From the NCBI RefSeq assembly GCF_011745625.1, contig NW_027191463.1, forward strand, positions 248,001 through 312,000: a stretch of DNA of 64,000 nucleotides, given 5' to 3'. The number at the start of each line of letters is the position of its first letter. The stretch's first letter is position 1. Positions 46,072-58,547 of this stretch are shown here, in pieces. Both the position numbers and the translations under genes were made by a program. The stretch is from Cladosporium halotolerans. Lineage: Eukaryota. The notes beneath the pieces are model-generated. The model did not search any database and had not been told where the DNA came from. It was given only the letters and a program-made list of their open reading frames with translations.

Positions 46072-47503
46072 ATGTCTTCTACAAACCCGTCCACTTCCAG
46101 CATTCTCATCATTGGCTGCGGCACATGGGGTGCTTCTACTGCGCTTTGGCTTGCACGAAGCGGCTACAAAAACGTCACCGTGCTGGACCCATATCCTGTA
46201 CCATCAGCGATCTCAGCTGGTAACGATGTCAACAAGTAAGGCAAGCGCCCAATCGATTCACCGGCATTGAAGAAGGCTAACGCCCATTCCAGAATTGCAG
46301 AAGGTCCGCCCTCGTCCCATCCAGAATGTCGGCTGACACACTAACAAGGCACGAGGTCGCGCCCGCAAACCGTTCGAAGAATTCAACGGTCCAGAGGCAG
46401 AGCGTCTTTGGACATACAATGAGATTCGCGCCGACGCCACTGAGACCTGGCTGAGCGATCCACTGTTCAAGGACTACTATCATGAGACAGGGTACATCCT
46501 GGCAGCGAGCGACCCAAAGAACGTGGAGATCCTACTGCGCGAAGAACAGCCTACTCCAGAGAACGGATTCCGCGAAGTCAACACAGCTGCGGAGTTCCGT
46601 AAGCTGATGCCAGAAGGTGTATTGACTGGCGATTTTCCTAACTGGAAAGGCTGGTCCAAGGCCGAGGGCGCTGGTTGGTGTCACGCTCGTAAGGCACTCG
46701 TAGCAGCCGCGACAGAAGCGGAGAGGCAAGGCGTGAAGATTGCCAAAAGCAAGGTCACCTCGCTGCTCGTCGAAGAAGGTGATGTTAAGGGCGCCAACAC
46801 AGAGGACGGCAAAGAATGGCGTGCCGACCGTACCATCCTCTGCGCTGGTGCCAATGCTCCACAGATAATCGACATGAAGGATCAGCTGCGTCCGACTGCA
46901 TGGACACTGGCTCACATTGCCATGACTGAGGAGGAGTGCAAACTGTACAAGAATCTGCCGGTGCTCTTCAACATGGAGCGCGGCTTCTTCATGGAGCCTG
47001 ACGAGGAGCGACACGAGCTGAAGATCTGCGACGAGCACCCAGGCTACACAAACTTCAGCACGATCAACGGCGCAAAATCATCCGTCCCTTTCAGCAGGCA
47101 CCAAATCCCCTTGGAGTCCGAGCAAGGCGTGCGTCAATTCCTGCGAGAGACCATGCCTCAGCTCGCCGATCGGCCTTTCAGCTTTGCGCGCATTTGCTGG
47201 TGTGCAGACACCGTCAACCGCGACTTCCTGATCTCGGCGCATCCGGACTACCCCTCGCTGACGCTGGGTCTGGGAGCCAGCGGACACGGTTTCATGCATA
47301 TTCCGGTGGTCGGGAAATACATTGTACAATGCCTGGAAGGCAAGCTGGACCCGAAAATGCAGCGCTCATGGCGGTGGCGGCCGGAGACGGCTGTGAACAG
47401 AGACTGGGAGGCGTTGCAAGGGAGAGGAGGCGGCCCTAACAAACTTCGTGACTTTGGCGCTATAGCCGACGACCAATGGACGAAGTTACCGGCGAGATTG
47501 TAA
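46072..47503 (+). CDS. Fructosyl-amino-acid oxidase (amadoriase) / sarcosine-oxidase family flavoprotein, likely peroxisomal; exons 46072-46235, 46293-46303 and 46356-47503, 440 aa
   Basis: IIGCGTWGASTA (GxGxxG), SAGNDVNK, DPLFKDYYHETG, QLRPTAWTLAHI, YKNLPVLFN..GFF.EPD, LKICDEHPGY, ARICWCADT (FAD-attachment Cys), GASGHGF, WRWRPETA, GGPNK. C-terminal ARL is a PTS1-type signal. Confidence 0.9.
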
Positions 47504-48036
47504 GGGAGGGAGTTTGACAAGCATGAGATTCGAAGGCCCGAGATACGAATTTTGATACGTTGATACAGCCTGTCTTATGTGAGAAATCCTTGACGAAGAC
47601 CTTCTCTCTTCAGTAGCTGTAATAAGCTCTCGAGAGGCTTTCCAGTGTCACAAGCTCGACGTGGCATGCAAACTTCCAATATGGCCGAGAGCTGGCAGTG
47701 TCCACGTGTAGAGCTTGGCGGCCTTTGGTGATACCTAAGCCAGACCAAAAGATTGTTTTGGGCGGGCCCTTCATAATAGGAACATGCGTCCAAGGCGTGG
47801 TCAGGTCATTCTTACTCCTAGTCGGCGGAGTTTCATAACTTTCAATGGCTCTTTTGCAGACCTTGTATGGCTCATTGTTGAGCTGAGCTCGTTAGGCAGC
47901 ACAATATGGCCGTGCCACGCTTTGGCGAAGACCAAATATCACCCAAATATTCTAAGAAGCGCTTCATTGCGAAGTACGGCCACTTTGATGGGCGTGGGAA
48001 AAGAGGAGACCCGTCAAGCCTCGAAGCGCTCCGGTC

Positions 48037-49089
48037 TCAGACATTGGTGCCAGCACCAACGATTCTCAGTCCACCTGGGTCACCAGCATAAGCCAGCCAA
48101 TACCTCAGAGGATGCCACGCCAGCCAAGTGACGGCATTGGTCGTCTCAATGGTGTGCACGTGCTCTCCAGTATCGACGTGGGAGACTTCAATGCCAGAAC
48201 TACTATCCCTGGCATCGCTCCCGCTGCTCGCTGCAATATATGCGCCGTCGAAGCTGAAGCTCAGATCCCTCACAGAGCCCATGTGCGGCGTGATAGTGCG
48301 CGCACAGTGCCAGTAAGTCGTGTCCCAAAGCGTGACCATGCTGTCGCTCCCGCCGACCGCAACGTAAGAACCAGCCGGCGAGTGCTGTACCGCGTACGTC
48401 GCACTGGTGTGCGCACTCAGCGTGTAGAGCAGTTCCAAACTCGGCCAGTCAAGCACTTTCACCGGCCCCTCACCAGTCGTAGCAAACAGCTCGCGCCCCG
48501 AATTCGAGAAAGCCATCGCATTGAACTGTCCCCGGTCCTTGACTGGCGAGCTATCCCTCGCCTCCGCAACCCACCCAACGCCCTCGCCCGTCTCCATCTT
48601 CCTCACATCGACCGCCATGACCGCATCGTCCTTCCTCCCGACCAGACAACTGTTCCCACTCGGATGCCAGCTCAAGAACAGCCCCGTATCCCCCGTCTTG
48701 CACTCAGCGAGCTTGCTACCCTTCCCAGCGCCCACGCTCCCTCCACCAGCAACCCTCACATCCCACAGTCTACACATGCCTTCGCCGCCGGTGCTAGCCA
48801 GCACAGCTTCCTGCGTCGGGCAGAAAGCAACCTTCTCAACCATCGCGGTGCCGCCGGCACGCAGCTCCGTCGTGCTCTTAACATTCGGGCGCTCGGGGTT
48901 CCAGACACGGATGTAGGAGGAGATCGAGGTCGCGATCGCGTTGCCCGTGGGCGACCATGACAGCGAGCGGATATTGGGCGCGAGGCCGGAGGGGCGGCCG
49001 GTTTCGGCGAGGACGGCGGTTTTGATGCCTTTGAAGGTGGTGGGGAAGATGTCCTTTTTCAGCGGCCGCGAGGTCTTTGGCGGCGCCAT
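48037..49089 (-). CDS. THOC3: THO/TREX complex WD40 subunit Tex1/THOC3
   Basis: Start MAPPKTSRP at 49089. WD40 repeats IRSLSWSPTG, RLWDVR, AHTSATYAVQHSPAGSYVAVGGSDSMVTLWD, VRDLSFSFDGAYI, IEVSHVDTGEHVH, AWHPLRYWLAYAGD. Confidence 0.85.
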   Translation of the reverse strand: MAPPKTSRPLKKDIFPTTFKGIKTAVLAETGRPSGLAPNIRSLSWSPTGNAIATSISSYIRVWNPERPNVKSTTELRAGGTAMVEKVAFCPTQEAVLASTGGEGMCRLWDVRVAGGGSVGAGKGSKLAECKTGDTGLFLSWHPSGNSCLVGRKDDAVMAVDVRKMETGEGVGWVAEARDSSPVKDRGQFNAMAFSNSGRELFATTGEGPVKVLDWPSLELLYTLSAHTSATYAVQHSPAGSYVAVGGSDSMVTLWDTTYWHCARTITPHMGSVRDLSFSFDGAYIAASSGSDARDSSSGIEVSHVDTGEHVHTIETTNAVTWLAWHPLRYWLAYAGDPGGLRIVGAGTNV

Positions 49090-49531
49090 GGTTGTGGCGG
49101 GTGCGGTTGTGTTTGGGTCGGGAAGGACGCTGGCGCGATTGGGCGCATTGGAGGTTGGCAGCGGGGAGTTGGAAGTCGTCGGCCGCGAACGTCGCGCCTG
49201 GACACGTGAAGGTGATTGAGCAAACTCATGCCTGTAGACGCAGAGGTACTGGCACTTGGGTTGTAACGAATCAGACATACTTTCAAACAAGATTGTGTAA
49301 TCAATATCTTTGAACAAGACACGCATCATTCGCATCGCGTTAAGCTTCTACTCTGCCAACCCAACGACACAGTCCGCCCGCTCTATATCATGCTTTTGAC
49401 GCCTCATAAACTCCCATCACCAGCTCCGGTTCCACGAAAGGAGCACAGGCGCTCAGTGTTACGTCGACAGGTGATTTGAACACTCTCTGTTGTTGATCTT
49501 AGCTCTAAAGCACCGCCAAATCTCCAATCCC

Positions 49532-52529
49532 TTATGCCATCTCGCCAATCTTGCTCAGGCCCTTAAGCGAGCCCAGGCTGAGGGCAAGGCCCTGAGATCT
49601 GCTGCGGATTCTCATGAAGCCGGTCACCGGCCCGTTCTCGCCTTCTTTCTCGACACTCAAGTTTGCCAGAGCATCCTCGCCTGTAAAATTGTCAGCATAT
49701 GTCGCGCCGTACTCCAAAGGATCCGAGCGCAGGTAAACTTACCGAAGACAGACCGCGCATACAGGTTCGCGCTCAGGAACTGGCAGTCACCGCTTAAGCT
49801 GGCATCGGGCGTGAGGCACTCCATGTTGGTCACCTTCATCAGTCTATCGAGGAAGTCGCGGAGACCCTTGCCAGGTTGCAACTTGGTGTTGATGTTGACC
49901 TTGTTCTCCCATTCAAACTCGGTCCACATGGTGCGGAATTGCGTCTCAGTGCAGTGGGCAGGCTGGATGTAGTCCATGATGTCGACGTGTACGTCGTTCA
50001 GGATGACGACTTGAGTGTCCGTGCTGTGCGCGCCGTCGTAGATGATGTTGCCGAAGATGACACCAGTATCCGTGGAAGACACCTTGATCGTCGCCTGAAC
50101 GTTCATGAAGTCCAAACCAGGCAGGTTCTGAGTGGTCGGACGCTCGACAACCTTGAGATCACCGAGAGTTGCGAACTCCACGGAAAGGTTCTGGAGCGTT
50201 TCGCGAGTCTGGTTGACAAGAAGCACGTCGAGAATGATGTCGAACTGGTGCACTTGCACATATGCCTCGGCGTATACTGGATCCGAGAAACCAGTGAGCT
50301 GCACGACACGGCTGAGCTTGGACGTGATGTGCTCCGTCGCAGAGTCGCCGCCAGTGGCTTTCTCAAGGTCCAGCTCAATCTCCTCAGCTCCGTCCATCTG
50401 GTTCTTCTTGCTGAGCTGTCTGAAAGAAACAACGTCGTCAACCTGGATAGCAGTCTTCGCCTTGGAAGCTGCGTCCTTCTCGGCGCGCTTTTTCTCCTCG
50501 ACCTGGACCATGTCGCTAAACGCCTGGCGGGTGTCCTTCAAGAACGCCGTCTCGAGATCCTTCTGCTTGGCGAACTCTGCGAGAGATCGTACACAGGACA
50601 TGATGCGGTCGATGGAGTCCTCGTCGATGGGAGCTTTTACGAACTGTGACTGGCCAGCGCGAACGATCGAGATCATGATGAGCATAGCTTCAGCACGAAG
50701 GGCGTTCGTTCTCCTGGGGTCGGTGGTGATCTCTGAGTGGCGCATGACAAGTTTGGTGAGGGTGGATGACAGCACAGTCGCCAGGTAGTAGTCACCGTCC
50801 AGGATGAGCTGCCTCAAGGGAGGCTTCTGTGCGGCCTTTACAGCGTCCAGTTTTGCGTTAGCAGAGGCCTGGCTGGTGAGAGCACTCTCAGTGGCATATG
50901 TGCCATCTGCAAGCACCTTCCTAGAACCAGTGGGCTGCGCAGGCTTGGTGTGACCGTTGACCTGATCGTTGAGCGGCGCCTCTCCCTCAGGCTGCTCCTC
51001 CAAAAGATGAGCTTCCGAGGCAACGATAGGAATCTCACCGAGGCTGGCTCTGATCCTCTTCCACGCCTCCTTGATATCATTCTCCTCCAAAGAGTACTCG
51101 CCGACGATCCAGAGACTTCCCCTGTAAACCTTGCCAGCCCTCACTTCTCCAAGTGTCGCAACCAATCGCTCGACGATGGAGCTGCGCATCTTCGGGAATT
51201 TCTCCACAACCTCCTTGACAAAAGTAATGACGTCCACAGCAGAAGCATTGTTGAAGTCGGCAATGAAATCCATGAGCAGACCGACGACGCTTTGCGCGAC
51301 CTCGGAAAACTTGATGGCGCATTGGTGTATCGAGTGGATGAGCAGGGAACGGTACTCGTTGTTCTTCTCGTATTGCTCGTCCACTGTCTTGGAGAGTTCC
51401 TTCTTCAACAACATGACAACTTCTTCCACGTTCTTGCTGGAAACCATATCCAGAGCGAGCTCGAGCGACTTTCTTCGCACATCCAGATCCGGGCTAGACA
51501 AGACACGCAGGATTTCCATAGTCAGATCGTCGAGAATGCCATAGTTGGCTTTGCGCAGCTGATTGACCTTCTCCAGAACAATGAGCTTGACGTTGTTATC
51601 CGACTCCTTAATCGCCAGCTCAATGAACTTGGCGGCTGCCGCCTTGACGGCGACCGGGTTGTTTGTGAGAGCGGTGAGAGACGACGCAGCCTCGTAGACG
51701 ACTGTCGAATCTTTCGCCTCCAACAGGTCGAAGATGAGACGCAGATACCGCGCCTTGTTCTGCTGGTTCTGGACGGCATCCTTGCGAATGAACTCCAGCT
51801 CAACCAATTGCAGAAGCTCGTTTGCGTTGGGGATACCCTCGAAGACCGAGCTCAAGTACTCCAGTGCCTTTTCGTGGCTAATCGCCATCAAAGCCGCAAA
51901 GGCATTGCGCTTGCAGGTGTTGTCGCTCTCAGATTCCAGGAAGGCTTGGATGAGTTCGGGTGCGTCCGGCATGAGGGCCTCGGAGTGCTGGTAGATCGAG
52001 GCGATAGCGAAGACCGCGTTCTTGCGCACGTAGGAGTGACGGTGCTCAAGACATGCTCTTGCGGGCGCGAGAAGGGGTTCGATGAGTTCTGCCTCGCGCA
52101 GCTTGCACAGGAAGCGAAGGGTGTTGCCGCGAATGTACTCGTTGGCGTGTTGGAGGTCCATGCGGATGCCGTTGCTGCGACAAGTCAGTATCCAGTTGAA
52201 TATTCCACTCCCATTACTCCATACCAAACCAGAATCATCTCTTGCTTCAGCTTTCCGTTGGAGTCGAGCTTCGGGCAGACTTCATAGTACATGTACAACA
52301 GCTTCTTCAATGGCTTGCTCTTTGAGGGCATGACGAAGCGGATGATGTGCATGAGAAGCTGTGGCATTGGGTCGCCATTCAGCATGACAGTCAAGATCTG
52401 CCTCATTGTCCCCAACTTGGTCTCATCTGTGCCCTTCTCCAGCTGTGTCTTGAAGTCCTGCAGGGACGGTTGGTCGGCTGCATTGTCCTGATGCACCAGA
52501 CTATACGAGTTCTCGAGAAAGGTCGCCAT
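49532..52529 (-). CDS. SEC26: Coatomer (COPI) beta subunit; exons 52529-52225, 52174-49743 and 49680-49532, 961 aa
   Basis: [117 protein letters not shown]. Confidence 0.97.
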
Positions 52530-52976
52530 GTTGGGCAGTGTGTAGATGACGGATCACTGTGGGCGGTGTTGGGCGAGTCCTCCTCGCGGATTGCGCAGTG
52601 TTGTAGCCAGCCCTCTCCGTGTAAGTTGCGCGGTGACGGAGTCCCTGGCTGATGGTGGAGCTTGCGTGGCCTGATTGAGCGACAGCGTCGATTGAGATGT
52701 TGAGCGTCGGCGGAATGGCAACTCCTTGGGCGGGGAAAGGGAGAGAATGCGTTGCGACCAGCGGTTTCGAGAATGATGGCTTCCAAGTGGCTCCTTGTTG
52801 ATGCGGTCCCCCCTCGAAGCTAAGCACGGCCAAACGTTTAGCTGTTCAACTCACCCTTGGGTTGCCGGAAATTCCTCAGGCAAAGCTCTTGGCGGGGCGA
52901 CTTCCAACACCCGACAGCCCATACCACGCCGATTGCGTGCACATCATTGAAACACAGTTCAAAAAACAACCACACC

Positions 52977-53818
52977 ATGGCAACTTCAGGGGATCCTTTC
53001 TATCTGCGCTATTAGTGAGTTCTACCAAGCAGAAAAAGCATTCGACTACGTCTTCATGCAGTCCACATTTTTTGCGTCAATGATATACCTCTGAGTCGCA
53101 AACTGACACCGAACCTAGTTCTGGTCACTCTGGTCGATTCGGCCACGAGTTTCTTGGTACGTACATTGAACTCGCATAGTTTCTTTTCCTTCTGACACAA
53201 ATTCAGAGTTCGATTTCCGCGCCGTTGGTGATGGTCGCTCTGCACAGGCTCGCTACGCGAACAATTCAAACTACCGCAACGATTCATTGATCCGTAAAGA
53301 GAGTAAGTTCATTTCCACTTATACTACTGAAGGTACGTTTGACTAATACTTTTGACAGTGTGCGTGAGCTCGCTCTTGATCCAAGAGATCAAGAAGATCA
53401 TCAAAGAGAGCGAAATCATGAAGTAAGCTTCTACTCTACGAGAGCATTTCCGTCATCGGATGACTGACCCATTCCGCACAGGGAAGATGACACAAAATGG
53501 CCGCAAAAGAACAAGGACGGAAGACAGGAGCTCGAGATCAGACTTGGCAATGAGCATATCTCGTTCGAGGTTCGTCATACGTTTACGAGTAGTACCATCT
53601 CTCTATGCTAACAAATTCTTTGCAGACCGCCAAGATTGGCTCTCTAGTCGATGTGAACGAGTCAGAAGACCCAGAGGGCCTGAGAGTGTTCTACTACCTG
53701 GTGCAGGACCTCAAGGCTCTTGTCTTCTCGCTAATTTCTCTTCACTTCAAGGTAACACAACCAGAATTCTCTGACTTGACCCGGTGTCACTGACAATCCA
53801 CAGATCAAGCCGATCTAG
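52977..53818 (+). CDS. MAGOH: Mago nashi (exon junction complex core), 7 short exons
   Basis: Spliced product [122 protein letters not shown]. Confidence 0.96.
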
Positions 53819-54351
53819 ATGCATTGCACGGTGTTGCTTTTGCCAGGCTCGATTAACGGAGCGAGGAGTTTCGGCGTGTGGATAACCAGGCTTTGAATAC
53901 CAATTATGAGAAAGAACGAATGCATTTGATTAGCAGATCACAACAGATGGTTCATATCAGTCGACGTGAATGGCGCCACCATCTCGCTCTGAAAATAGAC
54001 ATGCCTCATGCACTACGAATGCAGACCCGGCTCGGCCGTCTGGCCCGAGCAGCTGATAGATCATGGCTGTGCTTCGCCTTCGCGCGCGCGCGGCTCGTCC
54101 ACCCCCACACTTCCCCAAGCTGTGGATCGGCCCTTTGCCTTCAACCGAGCATCTACCCTATCCTCCGTCATCAGTCACGAGCGACAACAGACACCACTGC
54201 GATCTAGACCCTCTCTTTCCCCTCATCCGCTATCAACAACACGACAACATATCTATTGAAAGCATCGCCTTCCTTCCATCGAAGCACAAACTTATGCGCT
54301 CGCCGTAGGGCGCATCCTTGTGACCCGCCGATTAGATCCACAACCTCCACC

Positions 54352-55465
54352 ATGCCGACGCCCGACGAAACCGCTTTCCCACCTTCACCACCCACCGATA
54401 TCCCAGCGCGCTCCCTGTTTGCAAGCTGTCCACCCGAAGAAGAGAGAGAAGCGCATGCTTCGCGCGCGCAGAGCCATGGCGAGAATGAGGATACGACGGC
54501 TGGGGCTGAGAGAGCGCAGCTAGAAGGTCACGCGATCGCACAAGAGCCCACACCTGAACCAGAGACATATACGACGCCGACGGAAGGCTCATCACAACCG
54601 CAATCGCAAGGCAAAGAGCGGGCGGTCACGGACCCGGTGGCAAGGCCCAATCCTCCAAGTCCAGTTGCGTCACCTGACACGACGGCGGAGACCGACATGC
54701 ACGCGCAATCGTCGTCCAGCACAAATCCGCCCGTCACGTTTCCACCGCAGTACCTGGACTTTGCGCCGAACAAAGACAGGGTAAGTCATATCAGCATGAT
54801 GTCCAGCGCATCACTAACACACTTGCGCCAGCTTTTACCATCCACCACATCATCCTTCCTTCGACCGGGCAGCAAGTTCAAGGGAACTCAGCAGTCCGAT
54901 CGCCAAATATACGACGTACAAGTGGAGATTAAAGATGTCGACATGGCCGAGTCGTCACTATGCGGATACCTGCGCATTCAAGGTTTGTTGGGCTGTCCTG
55001 CTATAATCACGGCTAGCGATGCTAACCTCATACTCACCAGGCCTCACTGACGACCATCCGACCCTGACCACGTTCTTCGAGGGCGAAATCATCGGCCCCA
55101 AATACCTATTCAAAACCACGCACCCCTCCTGGGGCTCCAGCGAGAAAGTCGACCTCCAACATTGGGCGCGCTTCCCCGCCTGGCGGCCCCTGGCCAAGTC
55201 CGCAAAATCGCCTTCCTTCACGCTCAAGAACTACCAGCAGCGCGAGCACATCTTCATGCGCTGGAAAGAGTACTTCCTCGTGCCCGACCACCGCGTCAAG
55301 ACGATCACGGGCGCGAGCTTCGAGGGCTTCTACTACATCTGCTTCAACCAGTGTGACGGGAGCGTAAGTGGGATCTACTTCCACGCGAAGAGCGAGAAAT
55401 ATCAGCAGTTGGATCTGAAGCACGTGGACGATCGCGGATGTATGGGGGCCATGGAGTTCCGATGA
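54352..55465 (+). CDS. GID4: GID/CTLH E3 ligase substrate receptor Gid4/Vid24; exons 54352-54780, 54832-54982 and 55041-55465, 334 aa
   Basis: [101 protein letters not shown].L. Confidence 0.93.
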
Positions 55466-56668
55466 TCTGTCAGTGGTGCGTATTGTTGGGTAGCAAGGCT
55501 GTTTGTGAGGAGTACGTAGATTGGAGGAAGAACGCGTGCTGAGGTTTCGAGGTGCATGAGCAAGAGGGGGGAGCATTCGGATGGGTTTAATCTTTCTATC
55601 ATTATACCTTATCTTGTGCACAAATGGGTAATGCCGCGTCTGCGATAGTTTGTATTCTTGACATCGAAACCAAACTTCGTTCAATTCCCAACCGTGTGAT
55701 TGCTCACGAATCCTTCCTCTTCACGGACCCGTGACCGACCCTCGATCGAATGGCGCAATCGGTGTTGCGCACGGACAGCGCGAAGGCGTCAAAGGGTCGC
55801 CATTTTTCTGTGCCGTCGAGCCTGTCGAGTCACGCATGCCCGTTGGTAGGAGATCGGCTTGCGCTTGCGACGGCTTAATCCGAGAGCTGTTGCTGCCATT
55901 GATCATGACGTTTTAGCAAGGTTTATACTGCGTCCGTTCTCCTCACGATATCGCGTGCGGTCCACGTGGGCATATCTAGGAATTGTGTCGTTTCAGTGTT
56001 ATTAGTCGCGTTGTGGACAACATCCGGGAACATCTGACAGTGGCTCGCGCAGGCTCATGCGCTGTCGCGAGGTCGCTGTCGGCGCTCTGCATCTCTGTGC
56101 TGGCGGCTCCACTCCCAGCCCACTGCATCATCTAGCAGCAGCGCATGAACACCGCATCCTCGTGAGACACGGATTGCTTGTACTGCCCGATCCCCTCAAT
56201 GCCCGACGCATCCATTTGAGCTACAAGGACAGTCTTTAACTCGCGCCTCTCGTTCTCTGCAATGCAGCGCAAGTAGCCACGTCAATGCGATAGAAAGCAC
56301 AGTCAGGCGTCCATGTCTCATCAGGCCCGTGCAAACCGCGCGCGCACGTCTCTTCAGATCCTGCGGGCGCGGCGCATCGCACTCGTGGCGCACCAGGCGA
56401 TGCCCGAAGATCGCATTGACAGATCCCAGCCGGCGATCTGTCGCACCACTTGCGCGCGTCAGAGACTCCGGACACAGCTCCCAGAGCTCAGAAAGAGGCG
56501 CCGATCTGGCGCATCATCGTCTCGAATGAAGTGTACGGCGCACTCTTCTCCTCCCTGTCCTCTGCCATAGACTTACAGGTAATTGCTTTGGTCGAGTGAC
56601 TTGTCCATCTCCTTATACACTACACCATACATTGTACTTGCGCGACCTCACACTGCCCATCCTAGCCG

Positions 56669-58547
56669 ATGGAAGCAAGAGCAGCCGCTCCGGCCTTCAG
56701 GCCTGCCCCGAGAGATGTCTCGCGACCGACCTCTGTAGAACCGCCGCTCGTGTTCGACGACATACCAGAAGAAGACCCTAACGATCAATACACCGAACCC
56801 ACGACCGGCTTTGGATCTGGGCTAGAAGAGCAAGGATCCTACGATCTCAAGCCTCCGCCGCCCAATGTCGCGCACAACAACATCGAGACATTGGCCCTGC
56901 GCTTCTTCTCCGTCGAACACCTGAACACGATCCTAGAAGACCCGGCTCTCTCCGCGCGCTTCTCCAAGTTCCTGCACCAGTATCGCGCGGCACAAGCACC
57001 GAAGCTCACGCAGTATTTCGAAGCGAAGAAGGCGCAGACGGCTGTCGCATACGCCAATGCGGTTGCTGAGCAAATCTCGAGTCGGGACGGAAAAGCCCCA
57101 TATGCCGCTGCGACGCTGGATGAACGGTTCGAAGCGCAGATGCGTGAGACCGTGGAGGCGCTCGTGGAGGACGCGCTGCCTGCATATGTCACCCACAGGC
57201 TGACGCTGATCGCAACGGAGTCGTTGGTGAAGGAGATCACTGGAAACAATGCGCCGATCATGCGCGAGCTCATTCCGAGTTTGGCGGAGGTTTACTGTAT
57301 TACGGACCCGTCGATGCCGGACAATCCCATCGTTTACGCTTCGCAAGGTATGTTGGGAGGTCTTTGCTATGCTAGAAACGTGCACTAACAACATCCCGCA
57401 GAATTCTACAATACATCACAATACGGAAAAGACTACGTTCTCGGACGCAACTGCAGATTCCTTCAGGGCCCTAAGACTTCGAATGCAAGCGTGCGCAGGA
57501 TGATCGAAGCTCTCACAACTGGACAGGAGATCACCGAGACGATTCTCAACTACCGCCGCGATGGCTCACCGTTCATGAACCTCCTCCTCATCGCTCCTCT
57601 ATATGACAACAAGGGCGACGTCAGATACTTCCTCGGTTGCCAGATCGACGTTTCGTCTTTAATCGACGAAGGTCGCGGTCTGGAATCTTTTGCGACCCTG
57701 CTTTCGAAACAGCGCTCAGAGAGCCGTTACGGCGATTCTCTGAAGAAGGACCCGAAGCACATGCTTTCAGAATTCGGAGCGGCGCTGAACGAGGAAGAGG
57801 GCAACATTATCAAGAACCGGACGAGGAGCTTCAGCGAAGAGGGCGTTCGCCCCTCCTCTGCTATGAGCGGAGGTGGCGGTTCAGTACGCACGCCAAGGCG
57901 GCGACTGGGAATGGACGATGCGGCATCGGATCGCCATCTCTGGCCTGATACCGCTCTTGGGCCTTCTGGCCGTCTGCCGGGCGTTTACCAGAACGTAAGC
58001 GTCCATCGATCAATCTTCAGACCATGTAGACATTTCGCTGATCAGTCTCCTACAGTATTTCCTCGTCCGTCCATACCCGTCCCTTCGCATAACATTCACA
58101 TCGCCCGCGCTCCGCATCCCAGGCCTTCTACAAACGAAGTTCCTCGACCGCATCGGCGGTCCCGAGAGCGTGCGCGAAGGCCTACTCGAGTCCTTCGCAC
58201 ACGGCACTGGCGTCACGGCTAAGATCACCTGGCTATCGTCTAACAACGGCGGCCTCGAGGGCAAGCCGCGCTGGATCCACTGCACGCCTCTGCTGGGCAG
58301 CGACGAGAAGGTTGGTGTGTGGATGGTCGTCATGGTCGACAACGAGGAGATTACGGGTGGGCTCAGGAGGAGTGTGGATGTGACTGCCACGGCGAGCGTT
58401 GGTGCAGCCAGCCCGCGATTTACTGGCAACAAATTATATGCGGAGTATCTCAGGCGTGAGGGCAGGCCTGGGACCGCAGGGACTGATGGGACGAGCGAAT
58501 CGGCTAAAGAGAAAAGGGACGTGGATGATCGGTTCCGGGATTTCTGA
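56669..58547 (+). CDS. RGS-LOV-DUF blue-light photoreceptor (BcLOV4-like); exons 56669-57347, 57402-57994 and 58056-58547, 587 aa
   Basis: RGS-like helical N-terminal region (FFSVEHLNTILEDP..RFSKFL). LOV core CITDPSMPDNPIVYASQEF..GRNCRFLQG (57443-57469)..ILNYRRDGSPFMNLL.IAPL..YFLGCQ. C-terminal PAS-like DUF GRLPGVYQNYFLVRPYPSLRI..RWIHCTPLLG..VGVWMVV. Confidence 0.9.

Noticed and set aside
49090..49335. N-terminal extension of the THOC3 ORF
   Set aside because: Looks like promoter or 5' UTR; the ATG at 49089 has a strong ACCATGG context and starts the conserved-looking region.
50950..52287. 445-aa plus-strand ORF
   Set aside because: Antisense shadow of SEC26 produced by codon bias; no recognisable motifs.
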